Shown here: piece after piece, positions 52,211 through 63,699 of the stretch
How the letters are laid out: every line of letters starts with the position of its first letter
Position numbering within the stretch: position 1 is the first letter of the stretch
Assembly: GCA_002633005.1 (NCBI GenBank)
Contig: NMRA01000130.1
Span: forward strand, 1 to 64,000
Source of the DNA: Phoronis australis
Lineage: Eukaryota > Animalia > Phoronida
Length of the DNA stretch: 64,000 nucleotides
Direction: 5' to 3'
Translations under genes and position numbers: made by a program
Notes under the pieces: model-generated
Databases searched by the model: none
Told to the model about the DNA's origin: nothing
Seen by the model: the letters and a program-made list of their open reading frames with translations, nothing else

Positions 52211-52834
52211 GATTCAGACTGGACTTAGAACCAAAATGCACTCGAGCAAAGATGAAAACACACTTTTCTTGATTTGGTTCAAAGGTACAACACATAACGT
52301 CTAAAATATTTTGAAGTTCGATTGCGAGTTCGTCGATAAGACAGCTGCCCAAAATGTCGCCTGTATAATGGAAATTTGTTTGATTTCTTGCTTAACAATG
52401 GAAAATCCTGCAATAATTATTTCTTGAGTTCGAACACAATTTTTGTGGAAAATGAGATAGAGCAATATACTATCTTTGAGCCCATCACGCGCTTTTTGTG
52501 ATCACTGGGAATTCGTAAAATTCATGGATTTGGTAAATGGCATATGTTTGAAAACGGTGACATTAGGAAAGAAGGTATGGAGACGTAACCATGTTACAAT
52601 TTGTGACAAGCTGAAAATCATCAATCAAGCTATTTGCATAAATTATTACTACCTTGCTTGCAACAACTTTTAAAACGGAAAGTAATCTGTCCTGCTCTAA
52701 TGCTTCACCCAGTATGTTACTTAAACGAATTCCAACAGATGACTCAGGGATGCTATTGGGACAACATTATTAAACCAGTGGCGACAAATTACTACAGCTA
52801 AACAATCAATGAGACTGGTTGTGTTATTTTTCAG

Positions 52835-52892
52835 AGATTCGCGTTCTTCGTGAGGTTTTTCAACGTCTCTGTTGTTGGAGTTGCAATTATAG
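52835..52892 (+). CDS. DUOXA: DUOXA-b exon 2 (58 nt)
   Basis: tttttcag|RFAFFVRFFNVSVVGVAII|gtaagg, phase 0 to 1. Confidence 0.92.
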
Positions 52893-52950
52893 GTAAGGTG
52901 TTTTATGTCATTTTCATCGCACCATTGTGCACCATTGTGGTACTACTACT

Positions 52951-52990
52951 AATGATGATGATGATGATGGTGATGATAATGGTGATGATA

Positions 52991-53022
<32 letters not shown>

Positions 53023-53310
53023 GGTGATGGTGATGGTGATGGTGATGATGATGATGATGGTGATGAAGATGGTGATGATGATGATGATGGTGATGATGGT
53101 GATGGTTATGGTGATGATGGTGGTGATGATGATGATGATGGTGACAATGATGGTGGTGGTGGTGATGGTGATGATGATGATGATGATTATGATGATGATA
53201 ATGATGATGGTTATGGTAATGGTGATGGTGATGGTGATGAAGATGGTGATGATGATGATGGTGATGATGATGATTATGATGATGGTGATGATCATGATGA
53301 TGGTGATGAC

Positions 53311-53343
<33 letters not shown>

Positions 53344-53505
53344 AATAGTCATGATGATGGTGACGGTGATGGTGATGATTAGCGATGATGATGATTGTGA
53401 TAGTATTAGTAATAGTAATAATAATAACAATATTAACAATACTAATAACAACAACAACAACAATAATAATAATAATAATGATAATAATGATAACCACCAT
53501 AATTA
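52951..53505. repeat. Compound trinucleotide microsatellite, (GAT/GGT)n then (AAT/AAC)n, intronic
   Basis: Seen directly; it accounts for the poly-M/D/H/I ORFs. Confidence 0.98.
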
Positions 53506-54308
53506 ATCATCATTGTCATCGCGCCGTCTTCGTTGTCAGTCTTGTCGTTCAGTAACCGTCATCAGAATCTTCGACATTACTATTTCAATCGATGTTATAA
53601 TAGACAACAGCATCGACAATACGAACAAGAAAACAACAACAACGTCATAGTCACGCCCGTCCCCAGTGTCTTCGGATTTGTGCGTAATAAATCTAAGTGA
53701 TGATTACTGTGCCTAGGTGTTCAAATTTCTAATATCTGAATTATTACCAGGCCAAAAGTATTCACATTAAATTATCAATTTATAGTTTCTGCTGATAAGA
53801 TAAATGTTTGCAGAAAACTCAAATGTCTGGTGATGAAATTCATGCCCTCGGTAGATTTTTTTGTTGTTTTAAGGTTGCGCAGTGCTCGTGCAGAGATCCT
53901 TCAAGTGGATAATCAATCGTTATGGAATTCGCGACGGTGTCGTATGATGTGATCGCCATATGCAATAAATTTGCAAACATACTTTAGTCACCAGCAATTT
54001 AAGATATCATGGCGTCTATGTGACTGACTTCATTACAATCGTAAAGATGTTTTTGCTCATTGGGCGGACATATTTCCATCGCTGCATGTCATCCGCTATC
54101 GTTATCACATTATACATCTTAGCCTTCAATATTAACCGTTACTGTTGGTATATCGAAGATAACAAATACTTCTCTGCTTTCACGTTGTCGAGGGCGAGCT
54201 GGTGATGCAGCGACCCTCTTTCATATCGCCTTCTCCGGTAGAGTAGCACATTGATGATGCTTTGACGCACGGTATGAAAAGCCAAAGTGGAACAATTCCA
54301 GCACGCAA

Positions 54309-54640
54309 CTTTTCTGTTCAAGAAATAAATTCTCAGCAGGACCAAAAAATGTACCCAAAACCAAAATTTATCGCGCCAGAACCTATAATTTATCACGTCA
54401 GGACCAAACTTGAACAGGTCAGGACTGAATACTTATCACGCTAGGACAGACAATTTATCATGCGTGGACCGAATTTCCTGCCAGGAGAATTTTTTTTGCC
54501 AGAAGACCATGTGACAATGACGATCCGCTGTGTCCTGACGCGTTAAATTTTGGTCCTGTCGTGATAAATTATAGGTTCTGGCGCGATAAATTTTGGTTTT
54601 GAGTATTGGTCCTGCAGAGAATTTAATTCTTGATTAGAAA
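54309..54640. mobile_element. Palindromic (foldback) MITE
   Basis: ~115-bp arms: aaaaccaaaatttatcgcgccagaacctataatttatcacg / cgtgataaattataggttctggcgcgataaattttggtttt. Confidence 0.85.
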
Positions 54641-55820
54641 ATTATTTTTGTCCTAGATTTTTTCACTTTGGCTTTCCAGCCTGTGAGCAGCAGTGCGCAT
54701 GTTCAAGTTTGGGCTTTTATGGTAAAAAAATAATCCGAGAATGAAAGTACAAACAATCGTTAATGCTTTGTAATCTTGAATAAGAAGCAAGTCGCTTGCA
54801 AACTTAAGGTATTTCTGAATTTCCGATTCAACTAATCGGAATGACAGAATGTCACCTTCTAACCCAATGCATTCCCCATCATTAGAAAATACTATTTCTG
54901 GTAGCCCTGTGATGAGTGTAGTTACTACATTATGGTGTGAGTGTCGATATCGCTGCACAAATTCCCGTCTCGGTGCAAATAACAACCACCGCCCAAGTTC
55001 ACTTTGATAGGTTTATACCGTGAGATTTCCAAGTAGTAACGTGGCGACTGATCACCTGGGACTGAATACTAGCGGTCCCTAGACGGGGAGGAAGCATTTA
55101 AATTTTAATTTTCTTTAGGACATGTATCACGTCTAATATCACATACACTGTAAAAGAATCATTTCAAGAGGTCAAATATGTTCCCCTTTGCTACCCGCTA
55201 CAAAGAAACTACTTCTGTGCAGCCAGTAGGCGATACCAGTCCCCGTTTCTTCTTAGTGAAAGTCTCACATACGCGTACATCTTGATCTTGTTTAAAGGGA
55301 AAGCCACAGCTTTTGATTCAAGGTTAGCATTGTTATATTGTCCTATTCTCTTTTGAACCTATAGTCTGTGTCGGCCTTTCGTGTTTGTCCAATGGAAATG
55401 AAAGCTGGGCAGTTCATGTTACTTTCTATTGCCGCACTCGTCGGTTTATGCATAAGGTAATGTTGGTCTCCAGCCCACATCACAAGTACAATACAAACAT
55501 TTTGTGAAGACATAAGACTAATGAAGTTTCGTTCACACGGTTTAGAATACGAATGATTTGATATAAACCTTTTCCTAATGCCAATGTATAATATACAAAT
55601 AAATTACATGTGAAACTCGTTTTCAGTTTTACGTTTACCGATCACAAAATACACAAACGCTACTCTCTGAGGATATTAATAATGTCTTCTTTGTCCTATC
55701 CGAAGACAATGACACGCACAACGAAAGCGGGCAAGAATTGTCCTAAGATGTCCCCTTCTACGTTTTGCAAACTGTTCAGTCACTTCGAGCAAATTTATTG
55801 ACAGTTTTTTTTTCTTTCAG

Positions 55821-55955
55821 TTGCTATTTACGGTAACAACTGGCAGATCGGCACGGTGCGCAGTAAGTGTCCGTACACATTTCTTCCAGTCCCTATGGTG
55901 ACGGCTGAAGTAAGCGTGCACGTGGGATTGACAGGCGTCAACATCTCCATGTTTG
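55821..55955 (+). CDS. DUOXA: DUOXA-b exon 3 (135 nt)
   Basis: tttctttcag|(V)AIYGNNWQIGTVRSKCPYTFLPVPMVTAEVSVHVGLTGVNISMF|gtaggt; HVGLxGVNI motif. Confidence 0.95.
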
Positions 55956-56022
55956 GTAGGTGCCAACTTCCAACCAAGGTCACTTGGTCAGCTTATTGTA
56001 TTCTTCAACTCGTATAGACTAC

Positions 56023-56165
56023 CATGAGCGGCGTACAATAGGGGGCTGGGGAGCTATAGCCCACCACTTTTTTCAGTGCTACGCCGCCCATGGTCTGTGG
56101 GCGCTGCACCACCGGGGGGCTGGGGGCCTATAGCCCCCCACTATTTTAGTGCTGCGCCGCCCATG
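56023..56165. mobile_element. Head-to-tail dimer of ~70-bp mini-MITEs inside one 5-bp TSD (ACTAC)
   Basis: actac|catgagcggcgta…tacgccgcccatg…tgggcgctgcac…gtgctgcgccgcccatg|actac. Confidence 0.85.
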
Positions 56166-56494
56166 ACTACACGGAAATAGACGAGGTCTGGTAAAAGGTC
56201 ATGTGATGGTGATAGGGAGTGTATAACTTATGCGTGTTCTTATGCGTAGGATGCAATGCATTGACCAAAAACGTAAAAGCGGGTAATTCGATGAGATTTA
56301 TCAAGACTTGTGTCGTATCCGAGGCAGAACATTGTTCGTTAGGCCACTCAGTTTCGTTACTAAAAATCAAATGTTTTTGAGAGAAGTGTTCAATAAAAAG
56401 TAATTCATCAATAAAACTCACTTTGTTATTGAACTTACAAAAGTTAGAGACGTAGACGACTTGTCTGCTCGGTCCGCGCTTTGTCAGCGTCTCT

Positions 56495-56955
56495 TATGGA
56501 ATTCCAAGCCTGTCAGAAGGTAACGCGCGCGAGTTTTACTCGTCAACGCGTTCGCGTTGACTCATTTACGAGTAAATCTATTTTGTAACGGGTTATTGTG
56601 ATACGAAGACGAGTTAACGCTACCAAGGCTGGTAGCTGAACGCAGGGACTAGAACCCAAGTCATATGATTAACATGAAGTGCTTGCCGAATTATAGTGTC
56701 CTTATTACACATGATCGATCGCCGGGAGTTGTGGACATGTGCAATAGGTTTTACAAAATGGCCGTATTTGTTAGCAGCTGCAAAAGTCCAAGAATGTGCC
56801 AGACTTCTATCTACTAATATCGTTACAAAAGAGACAGTAGACTACCGGTACAGCTTAGTATGTTTGAAAAAGTAAACATGTAAAACGCGCAGGCGTTTAC
56901 GCGTAAACGCGTAAAACCCGCACGCGTTACCTACTGACACGCTTGGAATTCCATA
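56495..56955. mobile_element. MITE with ~60-bp TIRs
   Basis: tatggaattccaagcctgtcagaaggtaacgcg… / …cgcgttacctactgacacgcttggaattccata. Confidence 0.85.
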
Positions 56956-58424
56956 GGTTTTTCGCTAACGACAACGCGCGTGCTTGGTTTACAGGACAGG
57001 TAATTGAGTGCGAGATCTGGAGACTAAATTTTGGGAAATGAATTACTTTTAGGGCAGGCTTATATCGGATATCTGTGTATGATTCCATGGGGTTGTACTG
57101 CAAATTCGTGTAGAAGCTCATGGGCTTCCAAAACATCCTTACATAAGTCATTGGAAGTTTTACAGTGGCCCACGAAGCGACAGGGTGCTAGCGAGAAAAG
57201 GGGTGACTTTGGCGGGGGATGAAAGCTAAGAAAGGGTTGGACAAGTACCCGAGCAGGTGATCTTCAAAAGCAGGTGGACTTATACCCGCATATGAGCGGA
57301 TACTGTGGTGTAAAGGGGCCGTTTTTTTCAACACAGTTTTAGTTTTTACTATCAAGGCTACCCCAAACAGGAAAATAAGAATTGCAGCGAAAATTCAAGC
57401 ATGAAATATACAATCGGATAGTGTTAGGGAATACAGTCCGGTGATTAATGCAGTACTGGGGGTTGAAAAGATTCCAGCTTCAGTACCGGTCCAGCAAACA
57501 TCAAATCTGCTGAACAGATTCCATACCTGCACCCTTAAACTCCACATCTGGAGGCAAAATTCCACAACTGGGTAAGGATGATCTAGTCGCCGTTTGTGGA
57601 GTAGGGCTAGATAGAATTCCTACTTTGGATTGATTAGCCCTATGATTACTGGATTAAAGGTGCATTTATTTGAAACGCTAGAATGAAATTCACATCGTGC
57701 CGTGATGTCCCTGCTGCCATCAACAAGAAAATCAATGACAGCATAAAACGTAGTCATTTACTCCCGATGCCTCAGGGCTAAGACAACAGTTCAAGTGCTG
57801 ATCTCGACGTAATCGCTAGACTTGTTCAATTCAAAAGCCCTTGTTTACTCCCCGTCTCGAGACACCTGAAAAATGCATAACCTACAGAAAGCAATCTAAT
57901 GGATAAAGAAATTCAACAAAGTCGTGTCGTTTTGCCTTGCTACGTCCACAGAAAAGGATGAGATTCAAACAATGAGCAAAATAATGTGATTTAAGTTTTT
58001 TTCTACCCAAGATCACAAGTTCACGTCTGCTCGGTCTCAGAGGTTCCAGAAATACATGTTGAAATATGTCATGACCAACTAGATTTTTTCATTCGCCCGA
58101 AGGTATCTGTATTCGTAGCAAAACTTTCGCACTGAACTAGGAATTGGCTGAAACTCAGTAGCGGGACTTCCGGTTCTGGGAAGAACAGTGCAGGCCGGGC
58201 CAAATTTCTGGTCTTCTTTTACTCAAAACAAATTCAACGAACTTGTGTATAGCATTCGTGGCAATCGCTCCCCTTTACTCCACAGAATTGTCATCAAACC
58301 TGGCCCAACACATTTTTGGGGGTCTACAAAGGCGATACGAACTTGAAATTATTTGTTACTGTCGTGATTTCCTGGCATTGTCTCAGGTTTTTGAGAATGA
58401 TTAACCACTTGAAATCTTCTTTAG

Positions 58425-58490
58425 TGAACGAGACGTCCAAGGGGAAAGTTAATTTCTACAATGAAAGATACGATTGGAACGAAAAACCAA
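58425..58490 (+). CDS. DUOXA: DUOXA-b exon 4
   Basis: ttctttag|(V)NETSKGKVNFYNERYDWNEKP|gtaagt; NET sequon and YNERxxW motif; phase 1 to 1. Confidence 0.92.
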
Positions 58491-58643
58491 GTAAGTCGAC
58501 AATAATTCACCGTTGTGCAGATCGCTATGTGCTGATTAAAATTTAGCAATTTTTATGATCTTATGTTAGATGACGCAATTCCGAAAAACGTTCGAGTATC
58601 TAGTTATAGCTAGCTATGAAATGTGCGTTGTGTTTGTTTACAG

Positions 58644-58797
58644 TAAGTGACTTGGGGGAGGAGTTCCAAAGAGCGATGTTGAAAGGACTACCGTCTCCCA
58701 TTCTGAAAGTGTATTCCTACTTCACAGTTGACACGGGACAGATGCGATGGGGGCGCCACCTACGGGCCTCAGGCTACTACGCATGTTCTCTGCTGTG
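58644..58797 (+). CDS. DUOXA: DUOXA-b exon 5
   Basis: tgtttacag|(I)SDLGEEFQRAMLKGLPSPILKVYSYFTVDTGQMRWGRHLRASGYYACSLLW|gtatgt; canonical KGLPxPIL…RWGR…GYYA. Confidence 0.96.
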
Positions 58798-59559
58798 GTA
58801 TGTGTAAACTTCATTTCGGATGAGGGGATCACAGGCGTGCGCTCCGTGGACCCGAGAGCCTTCAAGATATAGTACCAGGCATGACAGGCGAAGTGCGTAG
58901 TAACAATATCTTCCTTCGCGAGATTTTTACGTCTACGGAACTCCGCTTAATGCCGGCGAACACCAAACACACTCGATACTCGACTCGAAAGTTGAGCAAT
59001 TACATTGCTTGAAATTGAAAATAAAACACTGATAGTGTGGCATGCGATTCGTCAATTGTCGAATCAAGTATCAAATAAAGTTTGAGGGTCACGGGCCCAG
59101 GCTCGTGGAAATATGAAAATTTTTGAAGGTGAGCACAAAAAAATCACCTCAGTGCTCATCCCTGCTCAGTTATATCACTTTCTACTACTCCCCCGTTATT
59201 CACGGTCACCGGTTTACACCCTGCAGCCCCCTCTGTTGCCCAACACGTCATTTATAGTTGCTAATGTGGCTTAGACAGTGGTCCAGTTTATCACTGAAGT
59301 ATTGTGGCGAAAATAGAGTGATTCTGTACAACATTGAATTAATAAAACGATATTTCGACAGCTTATCATTTATCATGTAATTGGCAGAAAAAAATATGCT
59401 TTCTGATCCCAGAAAAGAAATTTGCGGATTTTGGGAGTCTCATCGCTGACATGACGCGTTGGTTACATGTAGTTCCGATTTTACCACGGCGTGTTTTTGT
59501 AAAGAGTTTGTGCATTCTTTAGTACTCAGGAGTAACTGTGAGCGATTTATTCATTTTAG

Positions 59560-59896
59560 GACTGCCTTCTCTTTCTGGATTCTGGCCACTGTGTTAAACT
59601 ACATGGTGGTGTTGTATTCCTCTTTATGGGCAGTTTTGACCGGCGGTCTATTGGCTTTGGTAGCTCTTCTGTACCATCTAATGCAAGCGTGGCTTCCTCT
59701 GAGGATACCCTTGGAAGAAGGATCGTTGACCCTCGCGTACGGCTGGAACTTTTGGTTGGTTGTAGCCACTAGTGGCTGGGCGACGTTGATGGGTTTGATT
59801 ATGTTATTGTTGGATCTATGGGCGCCAGAGGAGATACGTTACTTCCTGGACATACAATGGGATAACGAGGAAACTGGTGACGACGATTGCATGAAG
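59560..59896 (+). CDS. DUOXA: DUOXA-b exon 6 (equivalent to exons 6+7 of paralog a)
   Basis: cattttag|(W)TAFSFWILATV…LTLAYGWNFWLVVATSGWATLMGLIMLLLDLWAPEE…DDDCMK|gtatca, phase 2 to 0. Confidence 0.94.
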
Positions 59897-61004
59897 GTAT
59901 CAAAATTTGTGATCTTTGATTTATGATCAACGAGTTCTGCCGCATCTTGAAATGTGCTCTTCTTAACTGCGAGGTAAAAATAGACACAAAAGTATATCGA
60001 TTTCGCATTCAACGGCGGGCGCTCGTGGTTAAGTACAAAACACAATAAACGCCGACACATCGCTCATCTACAACCAACTTCTTTAAATCTGCATTGCAAA
60101 TCAAACAATGATTTTTTTCTGGTGTTTGAAAGACGAGTACAGGGGCTAGCAATACCAGCAGTATGTGAAGTCTGTTAGCACGTAAACGAGGCTTGTCGAA
60201 TACGTGCCCGCCGGATATGTGAAGCACTGTCGGTACTGAATAACCCAGCTTTGGCGGAGCGCGGAGGGATTTCGGGATGTAGCTGCACTCTGTGGTGTGC
60301 TAAGGTTCGTAGGCCTATTGATAAAATTAATGGCACGTTATTTACAGATACTGATATGAATTTTCTTTCGTGGTCCTAGACTTAACTCATACCCATTCTC
60401 GTCGCCAAGTTGTACAACTTGGGGCTAGTAACCATAGGTTCAGTTCCCGTTGATGCCTTTCGGATCGGCTAGGCGTCGGAAATCACTTTGCCCTGCGGAA
60501 TGGAAAGGTTTAAGGCGTATGTGGCTGAGTAACATGGCTTACTATTTGTGGTTTAGATGGTGCACCATTTTAGGTTCTCATGGTAAAACTCTCCTCCAGT
60601 TTCCATGTTTACACAATCTAAAATTAAAAATGACGTTTAGGAGCTAAGTGATGAAAGTGAAGCACTTCCCGAAAAAACCTTCAGTACTACAGACGGGCAG
60701 CAGCAATATGAATTCAGGCATGAAAGCTTCTGTAAACCACTGTTCTGGAGCAAAGGCAACTTTCTTCACACACGTATTTCGTACTCCAAAGAAACGTCAA
60801 TGGGTTTTTATCACTTATTTGAATACAAACTGGTTGCCTTATAACCTGTGGAATTCCTTTGACGTCCACATGGCGTCGCCACTGAAACTAACTCGCCGTG
60901 AGAAGGAAATTTCATGCGTCTGGTCTAAAGCAGTAACTATTTGTCAATTTTTCTCAAACCAATGCCTCATTGGTAAGCTACAATGTGACACGGATGTAAT
61001 TTCA

Positions 61005-61348
61005 AAGTTACATTTTACCCTGTTTAACTGGCTGAAAAACGAAAATCAAATTAGGACTTTTACTCTCATAAAATCGGCTCGTGTGATTTGAGATTCTATT
61101 TATGTTACCAAAGAGAACATTGACACCACCAACGAACCAAGAAAACGCCTGAAAGTTTTTTTTTTTGCAGTTGGCTAATCTTAAAATTTCAAAGTCGCAT
61201 TGTATGTGACTTCAGTTCAGTTGTTAACGGGAATGGAATCCTGTTGCGGTAAGGATTATTTCGAGGCCGATTTTATGAGTCTCAGAGTAAAAGACCTAGC
61301 CTAGTTTTCGTGTTTAGCCAATTAAACACGGCGAAATAGGACTTCAAG
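61005..61348. mobile_element. Degenerate palindromic element
   Basis: tgtttaactggctgaaaaacgaaaa…cttttactctcataaaatcggc is inverted at gccgattttatgag…agagtaaaag…ttttcgtgtttagccaattaaaca. Confidence 0.6.
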
Positions 61349-61718
61349 TGGCCTAAGTACACGTTAAACTGTGTTTTTGACAAAAGGCGCGAGTTCATTG
61401 CTCTTTAATCTTAACTGCAAAAATACGTTGGAACTTGTTAGTAATGTCAGTGAGGTCACGTGAGGTCACGTGTTTTGTTGGTACTTCACCTTTTCACTGT
61501 TACCAATTTGTCTTTAGTCCTCGCCACCTGTTTACTGGAAACACAGGTGTGCGTTCACTGGTTGTGGCTTCATTCTGCTAGTATGCCGCCGTCCATAGCA
61601 GACATCTTACAAATCTCTAATCATGGGTATATCCCGCGAAGACTTGTGTGATCTCACCTAACTCGCAGGATGATTACTTACTGAACGTGTGCCTGATGAT
61701 TATTGTCATTTCCGCCAG

Positions 61719-61851
61719 GACAACTACGAGTTAACGTCTCGTAGTGATGCGGCACACAAAGTGCATCATGGGTACGTGAACCGAGGATTTGATCCGGACG
61801 AAAAGAGCTACACAAGACACAGGCTATCCTCAAATAACGACGAACAACTAC
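61719..61851 (+). CDS. DUOXA: DUOXA-b exon 7 (cytosolic tail)
   Basis: tttccgccag|DNYELTSRSDAAHKVHHGYVNRGFDPDEKSYTRHRLSSNNDEQL|gtaagt, phase 0 to 1. Confidence 0.75.
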
Positions 61852-62611
61852 GTAAGTTAACGACCAGACTGGAATTATTGAAGCTTTAAACTTCCAATAC
61901 ATTTGAGTTGTTTTCGATAATTTCGCCCTGTTTGCGCGCCACATATTAGGCAACCAATATGTTCATAGGCAGAGAGTGAATGCAAATTTTAACTAGACGC
62001 TGTTAGTACATATGTAGATGAGAAATAAACAAGCATTACCCCCGAAATACAGGGAAATCAAATATGTTTCCATTTACAGACCACTGAGCCAAGAGTGTAT
62101 GTATTACTTCAGGCTGGGGCCTGTTCCATGAGACTCGAGACTTACGACAGAAATTTGATCCTACGCTCAGCCTACACATAATTTATAAAAAATATCTGCG
62201 GTTCTCGATGTTATGTGTTTATAAAAATTATCTGTGGTTCTCGATGTTATGTGTTTGTTATGTAAGATTTTGTACTCTTGATTAAATGAGACTAAATTAT
62301 TTTCAAAAATAGTTGTTTGGAGCCTAAGGCCAAATTTCTCACTAGTGTCTGGTCGCTTTTCATGACACAGGTAGCGCTCATTTTAAGCATTCTACTAATT
62401 TTTGTACAAGTACAATATAATCCGTTTATTTATTCCCACTACATTACGTGGTGGAATGAGAAACTAAGATATTACAACGCAGATGTCTTTGGCCAAGAGT
62501 CGTTTAACTAAGTCTCCAATATATTTCATGCAAAATACATGATTGTCGAGCGTATATAGTGGCGAACGTCAAAACCCGGCGAATTGTAAGTAAGTTCATA
62601 TTTTCGCATAG

Positions 62612-62817
62612 GTTACGAAAGAATGAAGCGGTCGCTATCTGACGGTAATGTTCTTCGCCGGTCGGGCGCCACCATCGCACCTGACTTGGACATCATTAAT
62701 CAATATGACGACACTTCATCCAACAACAACACAATAACCAACAACAGTGCTCCATCCAACGAAGGAAAAATCGAGGAGCATACTGTGGCAGACACAGACG
62801 AGCTAAATAGACTGTGA
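62612..62817 (+). CDS. DUOXA: DUOXA-b terminal exon 8
   Basis: ttttcgcatag| phase 1: (R)YERMKRSLSDGNVLRRSG…DTDELNRL*. Summed CDS is 1257 nt. Confidence 0.7.
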
Positions 62818-63633
62818 ACTGGGACACGTCCCGTAGACCCAGTTTCTGGCTAGAAAGAATAGATGGCGCACTACCACGCAAAATCACGCGAGTGTTTCAT
62901 GAATATGCTCGAGATCTTACTAACCTAACCTAACGAAATGACGACAACTGGATTGGTCTGTGAGGTTGGAATGTTGAATTCTGGGATAGAATCCACTATT
63001 TCCTTTGTTTAAGCAAGATAGATTTCTTGCAGCAAGTTTATGATTAATGTGTCAGATCGTAGCCCTAGACTGCGTCCCGTACATGCAAGACAACTCGCGA
63101 GTGAAGCTGTGAGTGTGATCAAGTGCTTCGCTCGTACAGCGAAGACTTGGGGACACTCTCGCCCTTAACAAGAAACATGATCTATGGGTATGTTTCACTA
63201 AAGGCAGTAACTGAACTTCACGACGTCGTTTTACACAGGTACTACATTTACACCGTGCCAAAATTCAGAAGTTTTCGTGTAGAATATGTGTAAAAACTTC
63301 GTAACGTTACGACATATATAATGAGACAGGAAACTGTTCAAATGACTTTCGAACTGTTGACGTAGGCTATCTACTAGCTTGAAATTTGGGATACTTAAAG
63401 AAACAACCCAGGTATTCAACACTGCTTTTTTCCGTCATCGGATTAAGTATAACGACAACCGAAGAAGTGCGACTCTTGGAGTATAGCGAAGACTTACTTT
63501 CTAGTAACGACACCACAAAATAATTTTCACTTTTAAAAGAGGCCTGGAACGCGAAAAACAGGCTAAACTGCATAATTCAAATTGGTTCTCTGCCACTGAA
63601 ACAGAATTTAACCTGTTCACCAGGTATTTTACG

Positions 63634-63699
63634 TATATCAAATAAACACAGAAAAATCAGAAACTGGGGTTCCTGATTTTTCTGTGTTTATTTGATATA
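63634..63699. repeat. Perfect 27-bp-arm hairpin
   Basis: tatatcaaataaacacagaaaaatcag-12 nt-ctgatttttctgtgtttatttgatata. Confidence 0.92.

Noticed and set aside
52850-53506. Poly-Met/Asp/His/Ile ORFs suggesting a biomineralisation or metal-binding protein
   Set aside because: They come from an intronic trinucleotide microsatellite that is open in several frames on both strands and has no flanking splice signals.
58641-58649. cagtaagtg as a recursive splice site
   Set aside because: The AG and GT overlap by one base rather than forming AG|GT; normal acceptor use keeps the DUOXA frame.
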